The translations under genes were made by a program, and so were the position numbers. The notes below the pieces were generated by a model. The model had not been told where the DNA came from. It did no database searches and was given only the letters and a program-made list of their open reading frames with translations. Below are positions 1-11,635 of a stretch of 64,000 nucleotides of DNA, piece after piece (within the stretch, counting starts at the first letter, position 1; each line of letters starts with the position of its first letter). The stretch lies in NCBI RefSeq assembly GCF_009914755.1, contig NC_060941.1, one strand, 5' to 3'. This DNA is from the human T2T-CHM13v2.0 reference genome, Homo sapiens.

Positions 1-79
1 GACGACTGAGTTTAACTCACAGAGCTGAACATTCCTTTGGATGGATCAGTTTCGAAACACACTATTTGTAGAATGTGCA

Positions 80-582
80 AGTGGATATTTGGGCCTCTCT
101 GAGGATTTCGTTGGAAACGGGATAAACCGCACAGAACTAAACAGAAGCATTCTCAGAACCTTCTTCGTGATGTTTGCATTCAACTCACAGTGTTGAAGCT
201 TTCTTTGATAGTTCAGGTTTGAAACGGTCTTTCTGTAGAAACTGCAAGTAGATATTTGGACCTCTCTGAGGATTTCGTTGGAAACGGGATAACCCGCACA
301 GAACTAAAACAGAAGCATTCTCAGAACCCTCTTCGTGATGTTTGCATTCAACTCACAGTGCTGAACCTTTCTTTGATAGTTCAGCTTTGAAACACTCTTT
401 TTGTAGAAACTGCAAGTGGATATTTGGTCCTCTCTGAGGATTTCGTTGGAAACGGGATAAACTGCACAGAACTAAACAGAAGCATTCTCAGAACCTTCTT
501 CGTGATGTCTGCATTCAACTCACAGTGTGGAACCTTTCTTTGATAGTTCAGGTTTGAAACACTCTTTCTGTAGAAACTGCAA
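80..582 (+). repeat. Internal triplication of a 167-168 bp CENP-B-box-bearing monomer within the HOR (approximate bounds; three copies in 16-mers and 14-mers, two in 15-mers)
   Basis: Three near-identical copies of ...CCTCTCTGAGGATTTCGTTGGAAACGGGATAA.C.GCACAGAACTAAA(A)CAGAAGCATTCTCAGAACC..., with boxes at 106, 273 and 441. Confidence 0.9.
106..122 (+). promoter_or_regulatory. CENP-B box (example)
   Basis: TTTCGTTGGAAACGGGA, a perfect match to YTTCGTTGGAARCGGGA. Confidence 0.95.
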
Positions 583-777
583 GGGGATAATTGCACTCTT
601 TGAGGAGTACCGTAGTAAAGGAAATAACTTCCTATAAAAAGAAGACAGAAGCTTTCTCAGAAAATTCTTTGGGATGATTGAGTTGAACTCACAGAGCTGA
701 GCATTCCTTGCGATGTAGCAGTTTAGAAACACACTTTCTGCAGAATCTGCAAGTGCATATTTGGACCTCTGTGAGGA

Positions 778-794
778 ATTCGTTGGAAACGGGA
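778..794 (+). promoter_or_regulatory. CENP-B box overlapping the HOR-defining EcoRI site
   Basis: ATTCGTTGGAAACGGGA keeps all 9 core bases; GAATTC lies at 776-781. Confidence 0.85.
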
Positions 795-1793
795 TAATTT
801 CAGCTGACTAAACAGAAGCAGTCTCAGAATCTTCTTTGTGATGTTTGCATTCAAATCCCCGAGTTGAACTTTCCTTTCAAAGTTCACGTTTGAAACACTC
901 TTTTTGCAGGATCTACAAGTGGATATTTGGACCACTCTGTGTCCTTCGTTCGAAACGGTTATATCTTCACATGACATCTAGACAGAAGCATTCTCAGAAG
1001 CTTCTCTGTGATGACTGCATTCAACTCACGGAGTTGAACACTCCTTTTGAGAGCGTAGTTTTGAAACTCTCTTTCTGTGGCATCTGCAAGGGGACATGTA
1101 GACCTCTTTGAAGATTTCGTTGGAAACGGAATCATCTTCACATAAAAACTATACAGATGCATTCTCAGGAACTTTTTGGTGATGTTTGTATTCAACTCCC
1201 AGAGTTGAACTTTCCTTTGGAAAGAGCAGCTATGAAACACTCTTTTTCTAGAATCTGCAAGTGGACGTTTGGAGGGCTTTGTGGTTTGTGGTGGAAAAGG
1301 AAATATCTTCACCTAAATACTAGATAGAAGCATTCTCAGAAACTGCTTTGTGATGATTGCATTCACCTCACAGAGTTGAACATTCCTATTGATAGAGCAG
1401 TTTGGAAACACTCTTGTTGTGGAATGTGCAAGTGGAGATTTGGAGCGCTTTGAGGCCTATGGTAGTAAAGGGAATAGCTTCATAGAAAAACAAGGCAGAA
1501 GCATTCTCAGAAAATACTTTGTGATGATTGAGTTTAACTCACAGAGCTGAACATTCCTTTGGATGGAGCAGGTTTGAGACACACTTTTTGTAGAATCTAC
1601 AAGTGGATATTTGGACCTCTCTGAGGATTTCGTTGGAAACGCGATAACTGCACCTAACTAAACGGAAGCATTCTCAGAAACTTCTTGGTGATGTTTGCAT
1701 TCAAATCCCAGAGTTGAACCTTCCTTTGATAGTTCAGGTTTGAAACACTCTTTTTGTAGGATCTGCAAGTGGATATTTGGACCACTCTGTGGC

Positions 1794-1810
1794 CTTCGTT
1801 CGAAACGGGT
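1794..1810 (+). promoter_or_regulatory. CENP-B box, CTTCGTTCGAAACGGGT variant with an extra CpG
   Basis: The core TTCG....A..CGGG is intact. This variant occurs at two positions per HOR. Confidence 0.85.
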
Positions 1811-1838
1811 ATATCTTCGCATAAAATCTAGACAGAAG

Positions 1839-2523
1839 CCTTCTCAGAAACTTCTCTGTGATGATTGCATTCAACTCACAGAGTTGAACCCTCCTATGGA
1901 TAGAGCAGTGTTGAAACTCTCTTTTTGTGGAATCTGCAAGTGGATATGTGGACCTCTCCGAAGATGTCTTTGGAAACGGGAATATCTTCACATAAAAACT
2001 AAACAGAAGCATTCTCAGAAACTTCTCTGTGATGTTTGTGTTCAACTCCCAGAGTTTCACATTGCTTTTCATAGAGTAGTTCTGAAACATGCTTTTCGTA
2101 GTGTCTACAAGTGGACATTTGGAGCGCTTTCAGGCCTGTGGTGGAAAACGAATTATGGTCACATAAAAACTGGAGAGAAGCATTGTCAGAAACTTCTTTG
2201 TGATGATTGCATTCAACTCACAGAGTTGAAGGTTCCTTTTCAAAGAGCAGTTTCCAATCACTCTTTCTGTGGAATCTGCAAGTGGATATTTGGACCTATT
2301 TTGAAGATTTCGTTGGAAACGGGAGAATCTTCACAGGAAAGCTAAACAGAAGCATTCTCAGAAACTTCTTTGTGATGCTTGCATTCAACTCACAGAGTTG
2401 AACTTTCCTTTCGAGAGAGAAGCTTTGAAACACTCTTTTTCCAGAATCTGCAAGTGGACATTTGGAGGGCTTTGAGGCCTGTGGTGGAAAAGGAATTATC
2501 TTCCCGTAAAAGCTAGATAGAAG
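1839..2523 (+). repeat. Internal diverged dimer duplication (W3-W4-W3-W4-like) within the HOR
   Basis: Monomer starts at 1839, 2010, 2181 and 2353 alternate B-type (GAAGAT.TC.TTGGAAACGGGA) and A-type (GGCCTGTGGTGGAAAA.GAATTAT) sites with a 342-343 bp period. The W labels come from recalled SF3 nomenclature. Confidence 0.75.
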
Positions 2524-2820
2524 CATTCTCAGAAACTACTTTGTGATGATTGCATTCAAGTCACAGAGTTGAACATTCCCTTTGACAGAGCAGTTTGGAA
2601 ACTCTCTTTGTGTAGAATCTGGAAGTGGAGATATGGACCGCTTTGAGGCCTATGGTAGTAAAGGAAATAGCTTCATATAAAAGCTAGACAGTAGCATTCA
2701 CAGAAAACTCTTGGTGACGACTGAGTTTAACTCACAGAGCTGAACATTCCTTTGGATGGAGCAGTTTCGAAACACACTATTTGTAGAATGTGCAAGTGGA
2801 TATTTGGGCCTCTCTGAGGA

Positions 2821-5039
2821 TTTCGTTGGAAACGGGATAAACCGCACAGAACTAAACAGAAGCATTCTCAGAACCTTCTTCGTGATGTTTGCATTCAACT
2901 CACAGTGTGGAACCTTTCTTTGATAGTTCAGGTTTGAAACGGTCTTTCTGTAGAAACTGCAAGTAGATATTTGGACCTCTCTGAGGATTTCGTTGGAAAC
3001 GGGATAACCCGCACAGAACTAAAACAGAAGCATTCTCAGAACCCTCTTCGTGATGTTTGCATTCAACTCACAGTGCTGAACCTTTCTTTGATAGTTCAGC
3101 TTTGAAACACTCTTTTTGTAGAAACTGCAAGTGGATATTTGGTCCTCTCTGAGGATTTCGTTGGAAACGGGATAAACTGCACAGAACTAAACAGAAGCAT
3201 TCTCAGAACCTTCTTCTTGATGTCTGCATTCAACTCACAGTGTGGAACCTTTCTTTGATAGTTCAGGTTTGAAACACTCTTTCTGTAGAAACTGCAAGGG
3301 GATAATTGCACTCTTTGAGGAGTACCGTAGTAAAGGAAATAACTTCCTATAAAAAGAAGACAGAAGCTTTCTCAGAAAATTCTTTGGGATGATTGAGTTG
3401 AACTCACAGAGCTGAGCATTCCTTGCAATGTAGCAGTTTAGAAACACACTTTCTGCAGAATCTGCAAGTGCATATTTGGACCTCTGTGAGGAATTCGTTG
3501 GAAACGGGATAATTTCAGCTGACTAAACAGAAGCAGTCTCAGAATCTTCTTTGTGATGTTTGCATTCAAATCCCCGAGTTGAACTTTCCTTTCAAAGTTC
3601 ACGTTTGAAACACTCTTTTTGCAGGATCTACAAGTGGATATTTGGACCACTCTGTGTCCTTCGTTCGAAACGGGTATATCTTCACATGACATCTAGACAG
3701 AAGCATTCTCAGAAGCTTCTCTGTGATGACTGCATTCAACTCACGGAGTTGAACACTCCTTTTGAGAGCGCAGTTTTGAAACTCTCTTTCTGTGGCATCT
3801 GCAAGGGGACATGTAGACCTCTTTGAAGATTTCGTTGGAAACGGAATCATCTTCACATAAAAACTATACAGATGCATTCTCAGGAACTTTTTGGTGATGT
3901 TTGTATTCAACTCCCAGAGTTGAACTTTCCTTTGGAAAGAGCAGCTATGAAACACTCTTTTTCTAGAATCTGCAAGTGGACGTTTGGAGGGCTTTGTGGT
4001 TTGTGGTGGAAAAGGAAATATCTTCACCTAAATACTAGATAGAAGCATTCTCAGAAACTGCTTTGTGATGATTGCATTCACCTCACAGAGTTGAACATTC
4101 CTATTGATAGAGCAGTTTGGAAACACTCTTGTTGTGGAATGTGCAAGTGGAGATTTGGAGCGCTTTGAGGCCTATGGTAGTAAAGGGAATAGCTTCATAG
4201 AAAAACTAGACAGAAGCATTCTCAGAAAATACTTTGTGATGATTGAGTTTAACTCACAGAGCTGAACATTCCTTTGGATGGAGCAGGTTTGAGACACACT
4301 TTTTGTAGAATCTACAAGTGGATATTTGGACCTCTCTGAGGATTTCGTTGGAAACGGGATAACTGCACCTAACTAAACGGAAGCATTCTCAGAAACTTCT
4401 TGGTGATGTTTGCATTCAAATCCCAGAGTTGAACCTTCCTTTGATAGTTCAGGTTTGAAACACTCTTTTTGTAGGATCTGCAAGTGGATATTTGGACCAC
4501 TCTGTGGCCTTCGTTCGAAACGGGTACATCTTCGCATAAAATCTAGACAGAAGCCTTCTCAGAAACTTCTCTGTGATGATTGCATTCAACTCACAGAGTT
4601 GAACCCTCCTATGGATAGAGCAGTGTTGAAACTCTCTTTTTGTGGAATCTGCAAGTGGATATGTGGACCTCTCCGAAGATGTCTTTGGAAACGGGAATAT
4701 CTTCACATAAAAACTAAACAGAAGCATTCTCAGAAACTTCTCTGTGATGTTTGTGTTCAACTCCCAGAGTTTCACATTGCTTTTCATAGAGTAGTTCTGA
4801 AACATGCTTTTCGTAGTGTCTACAAGTGGACATTTGGAGCGCTTTCAGGCCTGTGGTGGAAAACGAATTATGGTCACATAAAAACTGGAGAAAAGCATTG
4901 TCAGAAACTTCTTTGTGATGATTGCATTCAACTCACAGAGTTGAAGGTTCCTTTTCAAAGAGCAGTTTCCAATCACTCTTTCTGTGGAATCTGCAAGTGG
5001 ATATTTGGACCTATTTTGAAGATTTCGTTGGAAACGGGA
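2821..5039 (+). promoter_or_regulatory. Set of 8 intact CENP-B boxes (17 bp, NTTCGNNNNANNCGGGN) in a representative 16-mer
   Basis: Boxes start at 2821, 2988, 3156, 3493, 3659, 4343, 4509 and 5023. Two further B-type sites are degenerate in every unit that contains them (TTTCGTTGGAAACGGAA near 3830; TGTCTTTGGAAACGGGA near 4680). The other six monomers are A-type with no box. Confidence 0.9.
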
Positions 5040-8000
5040 GAATCTTCACAGGAAAGCTAAACAGAAGCATTCTCAGAAACTTCTTTGTGATGCTTGCATT
5101 CAACTCACAGAGTTGAACTTTCCTTTCGAGAGAGAAGCTTTGAAACACTCTTTTTCCAGAATCTGCAAGTGGACATTTGGAGGGCTTTGAGGCCTGTGGT
5201 GGAAAAGGAATTATCTTCCCGTAAAAGCTAGATAGAAGCATTCTCAGAAACTACTTTGTGATGATTGCATTCAAGTCACAGACTTGAACATTCCCTTTGA
5301 CAGAGCAGTTTGGAAACTCTCTTTGTGTAGAATCTGCAAGTGGAGATATGGACCGCTTTGAGGCCTATGGTAGTAAAGGAAATAGCTTCATATAAAAGCT
5401 AGACAGTAGCATTCACAGAAAACTCTTGGTGACGACTGAGTTTAACTCACAGAGCTGAACATTCCTTTGGATGGAGCAGTTTCGAAACACACTATTTGTA
5501 GAATGTGCAAGTGGATATTTGGGCCTCTCTGAGGATTTCGTTGGAAACGGGATAAACCGCACAGAACTAAACAGAAGCATTCTCAGAACCTTCTTCGTGA
5601 TGTTTGCATTCAACTCACAGTGTTGAACCTTTCTTTGATAGCTCAGGTTTGAAACGGTCTTTCTGTAGAAACTGCAAGTAGATATTTGGACCTCTCTGAG
5701 GATTTCGTTGGAAACGGGATAACCCGCACAGAACTAAAACAGAAGCATTCTCAGAACCCTCTTCGTGATGTTTGCATTCAACTCACAGTGCTGAACCTTT
5801 CTTTGATAGTTCAGCTTTGAAACACTCTTTTTGTAGAAACTGCAAGTGGATATTTGGTCCTCTCTGAGCATTTCGTTGGAAACGGGATAAACTGCACAGA
5901 ACTAAACAGAAGCATTCTCAGAACCTTCTTCGTGATGTCTGCATTCAACTCACAGTGTGGAACCTTTCTTTGATAGTTCAGGTTTGAAACACTCTTTCTG
6001 TAGAAACTGCAAGGGGATAATTGCACTCTTTGAGGAGTACCGTAGTAAAGGAAATAACTTCCTATAAAAAGAAGACAGAAGCTTTCTCAGAAAATTCTTT
6101 GGGATGATTGAGTTGAACTCACAGAGCTGAGCATTCCTTGCGATGTAGCAGTTTAGAAACACACTTTCTGCAGAATCTGCAAGTGCATATTTGGACCTCT
6201 GTGAGGAATTCGTTGGAAACGGGATAATTTCAGCTGACTAAACAGAAGCAGTCTCAGAATCTTCTTTGTGATGTTTGCATTCAAATCCCCGAGTTGAACT
6301 TTCCTTTCAAAGTTCACGTTTGAAACACTCTTTTTGCAGGATCTACAAGTGGATATTTGGACCACTCTGTGTCCTTCGTTCGAAACGGGTATATCTTCAC
6401 ATGACATCTAGACAGAAGCATTCTCAGAAGCTTCTCTGAGATGACTGCATTCAACTCACGGAGTTGAACACTCCTTTTGAGAGCGCAGTTTTGAAACTCT
6501 CTTTCTGTGGCATCTGCAAGGGGACATGTAGACCTCTTTGAAGATTTCGTTGGAAACGGAATCATCTTCACATAAAAACTATACAGATGCATTCTCAGGA
6601 ACTTTTTGGTGATGTTTGTATTCAACTCCCAGAGTTGAACTATCCTTTGGAAAGAGCAGCTATGAAACACTCTTTTTCTAGAATCTGCAAGTGGACGTTT
6701 GGAGGGCTTTGTGGTTTGTGGTGGAAAAGGAAATATCTTCACCTAAATACTAGATAGAAGCATTCTCAGAAACTGCTTTGTGATGATTGCATTCACCTCA
6801 CAGAGTTGAACATTCCTATTGATAGAGCAGTTTGGAAACACTCTTGTTGTGGAATGTGCAAGTGGAGATTTGGAGCGCTTTGAGGCCTATGGTAGTAAAG
6901 GGAATAGCTTCATAGAAAAACTAGACAGAAGCATTCTCAGAAAATACTTTGTGATGATTGAGTTTAACTCACAGAGCTGAACATTCCTTTGGATGGAGCA
7001 GGTTTGAGACACACTTTTTGTAGAATCTACAAGTGGATATTTGGACCTCTCTGAGGATTTCGTTGGAAACGGGATAACTGCACCTAACTAAACGGAAGCA
7101 TTCTCAGAAACTTCTTGGTGATGTTTGCATTGAAATCCCAGAGTTGAACCTTCCTTTGATAGTTCAGGTTTGAAACACTCTTTTTGTAGGATCTGCAAGT
7201 GGATATTTGGACCACTCTGTGGCCTTCGTTCGAAACGGCTATATCTTCGCATAAAATCTAGACAGAAGCCTTCTCAGAAACTTCTCTGTGATGATTGCAT
7301 TCAACTCACAGAGTTGAACCCTCCTATGGATAGAGCAGTGTTGAAACTCTCTTTTTGTGGAATCTGCAAGTGGATATGTGGACCTCTCCGAAGATGTCTT
7401 TGGAAACGGGAATATCTTCACATAAAAACTAAACAGAAGCATTCTCAGAAACTTCTCTGTGATGTTTGTGTTCAACTCCCAGAGTTTCACATTGCTTTTC
7501 ATAGAGTAGTTCTGAAACATGCTTTTCGTAGTGTCTACAAGTGGACATTTGGAGCGCTTTCAGGCCTGTGGTGGAAAACGAATTATGGTCACATAAAAAC
7601 TGGAGAGAAGCATTGTCAGAAACTTCTTTGTGATGATTGCATTCAACTCACAGAGTTGAAGGTTCCTTTTCAAAGAGCAGTTTCCAATCACTCTTTCTGT
7701 GGAATCTGCAAGTGGATATTTGGACCTATTTTGAAGATTTCATTGGAAACGGGAGAATCTTCACAGGAAAGCTAAACAGAAGCATTCTCAGAAACTTCTT
7801 TGTGATGCTTGCATTCAACTCACAGAGTTGAACTTTCCTTTCGAGAGAGAAGCTTTGAAACACTCTTTTTCCAGAATCTGCAAGTGGACATTTGGAGGGC
7901 TTTGAGGCCTGTGGTGGAAAAGGAATTATCTTCCCGTAAAAGCTAGATAGAAGCATTCTCAGAAACTACTTTGTGATGATTGCATTCAAGTCACAGAGTT

Positions 8001-11000
8001 GAACATTCCCTTTGACAGAGCAGTTTGGAAACTCTCTTTGTGTAGAATCTGCAAGTGGAGATATGGACCGCTTTGAGGCCTATGGTAGTAAAGGAAATAG
8101 CTTCATATAAAAGCTAGACAGTAGCATTCACAGAAAACTCTTGGTGACGACTGAGTTTAACTCACAGAGCTGAACATTCCTTTGGATGGAGCAGTTTCGA
8201 AACACACTATTTGTAGAATGTGCAAGTGGATATTTGGGCCTCTCTGAGGATTTCGTTGGAAACGGGATAAACCGCACAGAACTAAACAGAAGCATTCTCA
8301 GAACCTTCTTCGTGATGTTTGCATTCAACTCACAGTGTTGAACCTTTCTTTGATAGTTCAGGTTTGAAACGGTCTTTCTGTAGAAACTGCAAGTAGATAT
8401 TTGGACCTCTCTGAGGATTTCGTTGGAAACGGGATAACCCGCACAGAACTAAAACAGAAGCATTCTCAGAACCCTCTTCGTGATGTTTGCATTCAACTCA
8501 CAGTGCTGAACCTTTCTTTGATAGTTCAGCTTTGAAACACTCTTTTTGTAGAAACTGCAAGTGGATATTTGGTCCTCTCTGAGGATTTCGTTGGAAACGG
8601 GATAAACTGCACAGAACTAAACAGAAGCATTCTCAGAACCTTCTTCGTGATGTCTGCATTCAACTCACAGTGTGGAACCTTTCTTTGATAGTTCAGGTTT
8701 GAAACACTCTTTCTGTAGAAACTGCAAGGGGATAATTGCACTCTTTGAGGAGTACCGTAGTAAAGGAAATAACTTCCTATAAAAAGAAGACAGAAGCTTT
8801 CTCAGAAAATTCTTTGGGATGATTGAGTTGAACTCACAGAGCTGAGCATTCCTTGCGATGTAGCAGTTTAGAAACACACTTTCTGCAGAATCTGCAAGTG
8901 CATATTTGGACCTCTGTGAGGAATTCGTTGGAAACGGGATAATTTCAGCTGACTAAACAGAAGCAGTCTCAGAATCTTCTTTGTGATGTTTGCATTCAAA
9001 TCCCCGAGTTGAACTTTCCTTTCAAAGTTCACGTTTGAAACACTCTTTTTGCAGGATCTACAAGTGGATATTTGGACCACTCTGTGTCCTTCATTCGAAA
9101 CGGGTATATCTTCACATGACATCTAGACAGAAGCATTCTCAGAAGCTTCTCTGTGATGACTGCATTCAACTCACGGAGTTGAACACTCCTTTTGAGAGCG
9201 CAGTTTTGAAACTCTCTTTCTGTGGCATCTGCAAGGGGACATGTAGACCTCTTTGAAGATTTCGTTGGAAACGGAATCATCTTCACATCAAAACTATACA
9301 GATGCATTCTCAGGAACTTTTTGGTGATGTTTGTATTCAACTCCCAGAGTTGAACTTTCCTTTGGAAAGAGCAGCTATGAAACACTCTTTTTCTAGAATC
9401 TGCAAGTGGACGTTTGGAGGGCTTTGTGGTTTGTGGTGGAAAAGGAAATATCTTCACCTAAATACTAGATAGAAGCATTCTCAGAAACTGCTTTGTGATG
9501 ATTGCATTCACCTCACAGAGTTGAACATTCCTATTGATAGAGCAGTTTGGAAACACTCTTGTTGTGGAATGTGCAAGTGGAGATTTGGAGCGCTTTGAGG
9601 CCTATGGTAGTAAAGGGAATAGCTTCATAGAAAAACTAGACAGAAGCATTCTCAGAAAATACTTTGTGATGATTGAGTTTAACTCACAGAGCTGAACATT
9701 CCTTTGGATGGAGCAGGTTTGAGACACACTTTTTGTAGAATCTACAAGTGGATATTTGGACCTCTCTGAGGATTTCGTTGGAAACGGGATAACTGCACCT
9801 AACTAAACGGAAGCATTCTCAGAAACTTCTTGGTGATGTTTGCATTCAAATCCCAGTGTTGAACCTTCCTTTGATAGTTCAGGTTTGAAACACTCTTTTT
9901 GTAGGATCTGCAAGTGGATATTTGGACCACTCTGTGGCCTTCGTTCGAAACGGGTATATCTTCGCATAAAATCTAGACAGAAGCCTTCTCAGAAACTTCT
10001 CTGTGCTGATTGCATTCAACTCACAGAGTTGAACCCTCCTATGGATAGAGCAGTGTTGAAACTCTCTTTTTGTGGAATCTGCAAGTGGATATGTGGACCT
10101 CTCCGAAGATGTCTTTGGAAACGGGAATATCTTCACATAAAAACTAAACAGAAGCATTCTCAGAAACTTCTCTGTGATGTTTGTGTTCAACTCCCAGAGT
10201 TTCACATTGCTTTTCATAGAGTAGTTCTGAAACATGCTTTTCGTAGTGTCTACAAGTGGACATTTGGAGCGCTTTCAGGCCTGTGGTGGAAAACGAATTA
10301 TGGTCACATAAAAACTGGAGAGAAGCATTGTCAGAAACTTCTTTGTGATGATTGCATTCAACTCACAGAGTTGAAGGTTCCTTTTCAAAGAGCAGTTTCC
10401 AATCACTCTTTCTGTGGAATCTGCAAGTGGATATTTGGACCTATTTTGAAGATTTCGTTGGAAACGGGAGAATCTTCACAGGAAAGCTAAACAGAAGCAT
10501 TCTCAGAAACTTCTTTGTGATGCTTGCATTCAACTCACAGAGTTGAACTTTCCTTTCGAGAGAGAAGCTTTGAAACACTCTTTTTCCAGAATCTGCAAGT
10601 GGACATTTGGAGGGCTTTGAGGCCTGCGGTGGAAAAGGAATTATCTTCCCGTAAAAGCTAGATAGAAGCATTCTCAGAAACTACTTTGTGATGATTGCAT
10701 TCAAGTCACAGAGTTGAACATTCCCTTTGACAGAGCAGTTTGGAAACTCTCTTTGTGTAGAATCTGCAAGTGGAGATATGGACCGCTTTGAGGCCTATGG
10801 TAGTAAAGGAAATAGCTTCATATAAAAGCTAGACAGTAGCATTCACAGAAAACTCTTGGTGACGACTGAGTTTAACTCACAGAGCTGAACATTCCTTTGG
10901 ATGGAGCAGTTTCGAAACACACTATTTGTAGAATGTGCAAGTGGATATTTGGGCCTCTCTGAGGATTTCGTTGGAAACGGGATAAACCGCACAGAACTAA

Positions 11001-11635
11001 ACAGAAGCATTCTCAGAACCTTCTTCGTGATGTTTGCATTCAACTCACAGTGTTGAACCTTTCTTTGATAGCTCAGGTTTGAAACGGTCTTTCTGTAGAA
11101 ACTGCAAGTAGATATTTGGACCTCTCTGAGGATTTCGTTGGAAACGGGATAACCCGCACAGAACTAAAACAGAAGCATTCTCAGAACCCTCTTCGTGATG
11201 TTTGCATTCAACTCACAGTGCTGAACCTTTCTTTGATAGTTCAGCTTTGAAACACTCTTTTTGTAGAAACTGCAAGTGGATATTTGGTCCTCTCTGAGCA
11301 TTTCGTTGGAAACGGGATAAACTGCACAGAACTAAACAGAAGCATTCTCAGAACCTTCTTCGTGATGTCTGCATTCATCTCACAGTGTGGAACCTTTCTT
11401 TGATAGTTCAGGTTTGAAACACTCTTTCTGTAGAAACTGCAAGGGGATAATTGCACTCTTTGAGGAGTACCGTAGTAAAGGAAATAACTTCCTATAAAAA
11501 GAAGACAGAAGCTTTCTCAGAAAATTCTTTGGGATGATTGAGTTGAACTCACAGAGCTGAGCATTCCTTGCGATGTAGCAGTTTAGAAACACACTTTCTG
11601 CAGAATCTGCAAGTGCATATTTGGACCTCTGTGAG

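Larger units (their letters stand above)
1..11635 (+). repeat. Block of canonical 16-mer HORs, 2715 bp (left haplotype)
   Basis: EcoRI sites (GAATTC) at 776, 3491, 6206, 8921 and 11636 are exactly 2715 bp apart, and the ORF track repeats at the same period. The block boundary is given in EcoRI register. Confidence 0.95.

Noticed and set aside
49-58. Short palindromes such as GTTTCGAAAC and the TTCAACTC-ACA-GAGTTGAA dyad
   Set aside because: Short dyad symmetries are a generic, already described property of alpha satellite, and nothing here is specific to this window.
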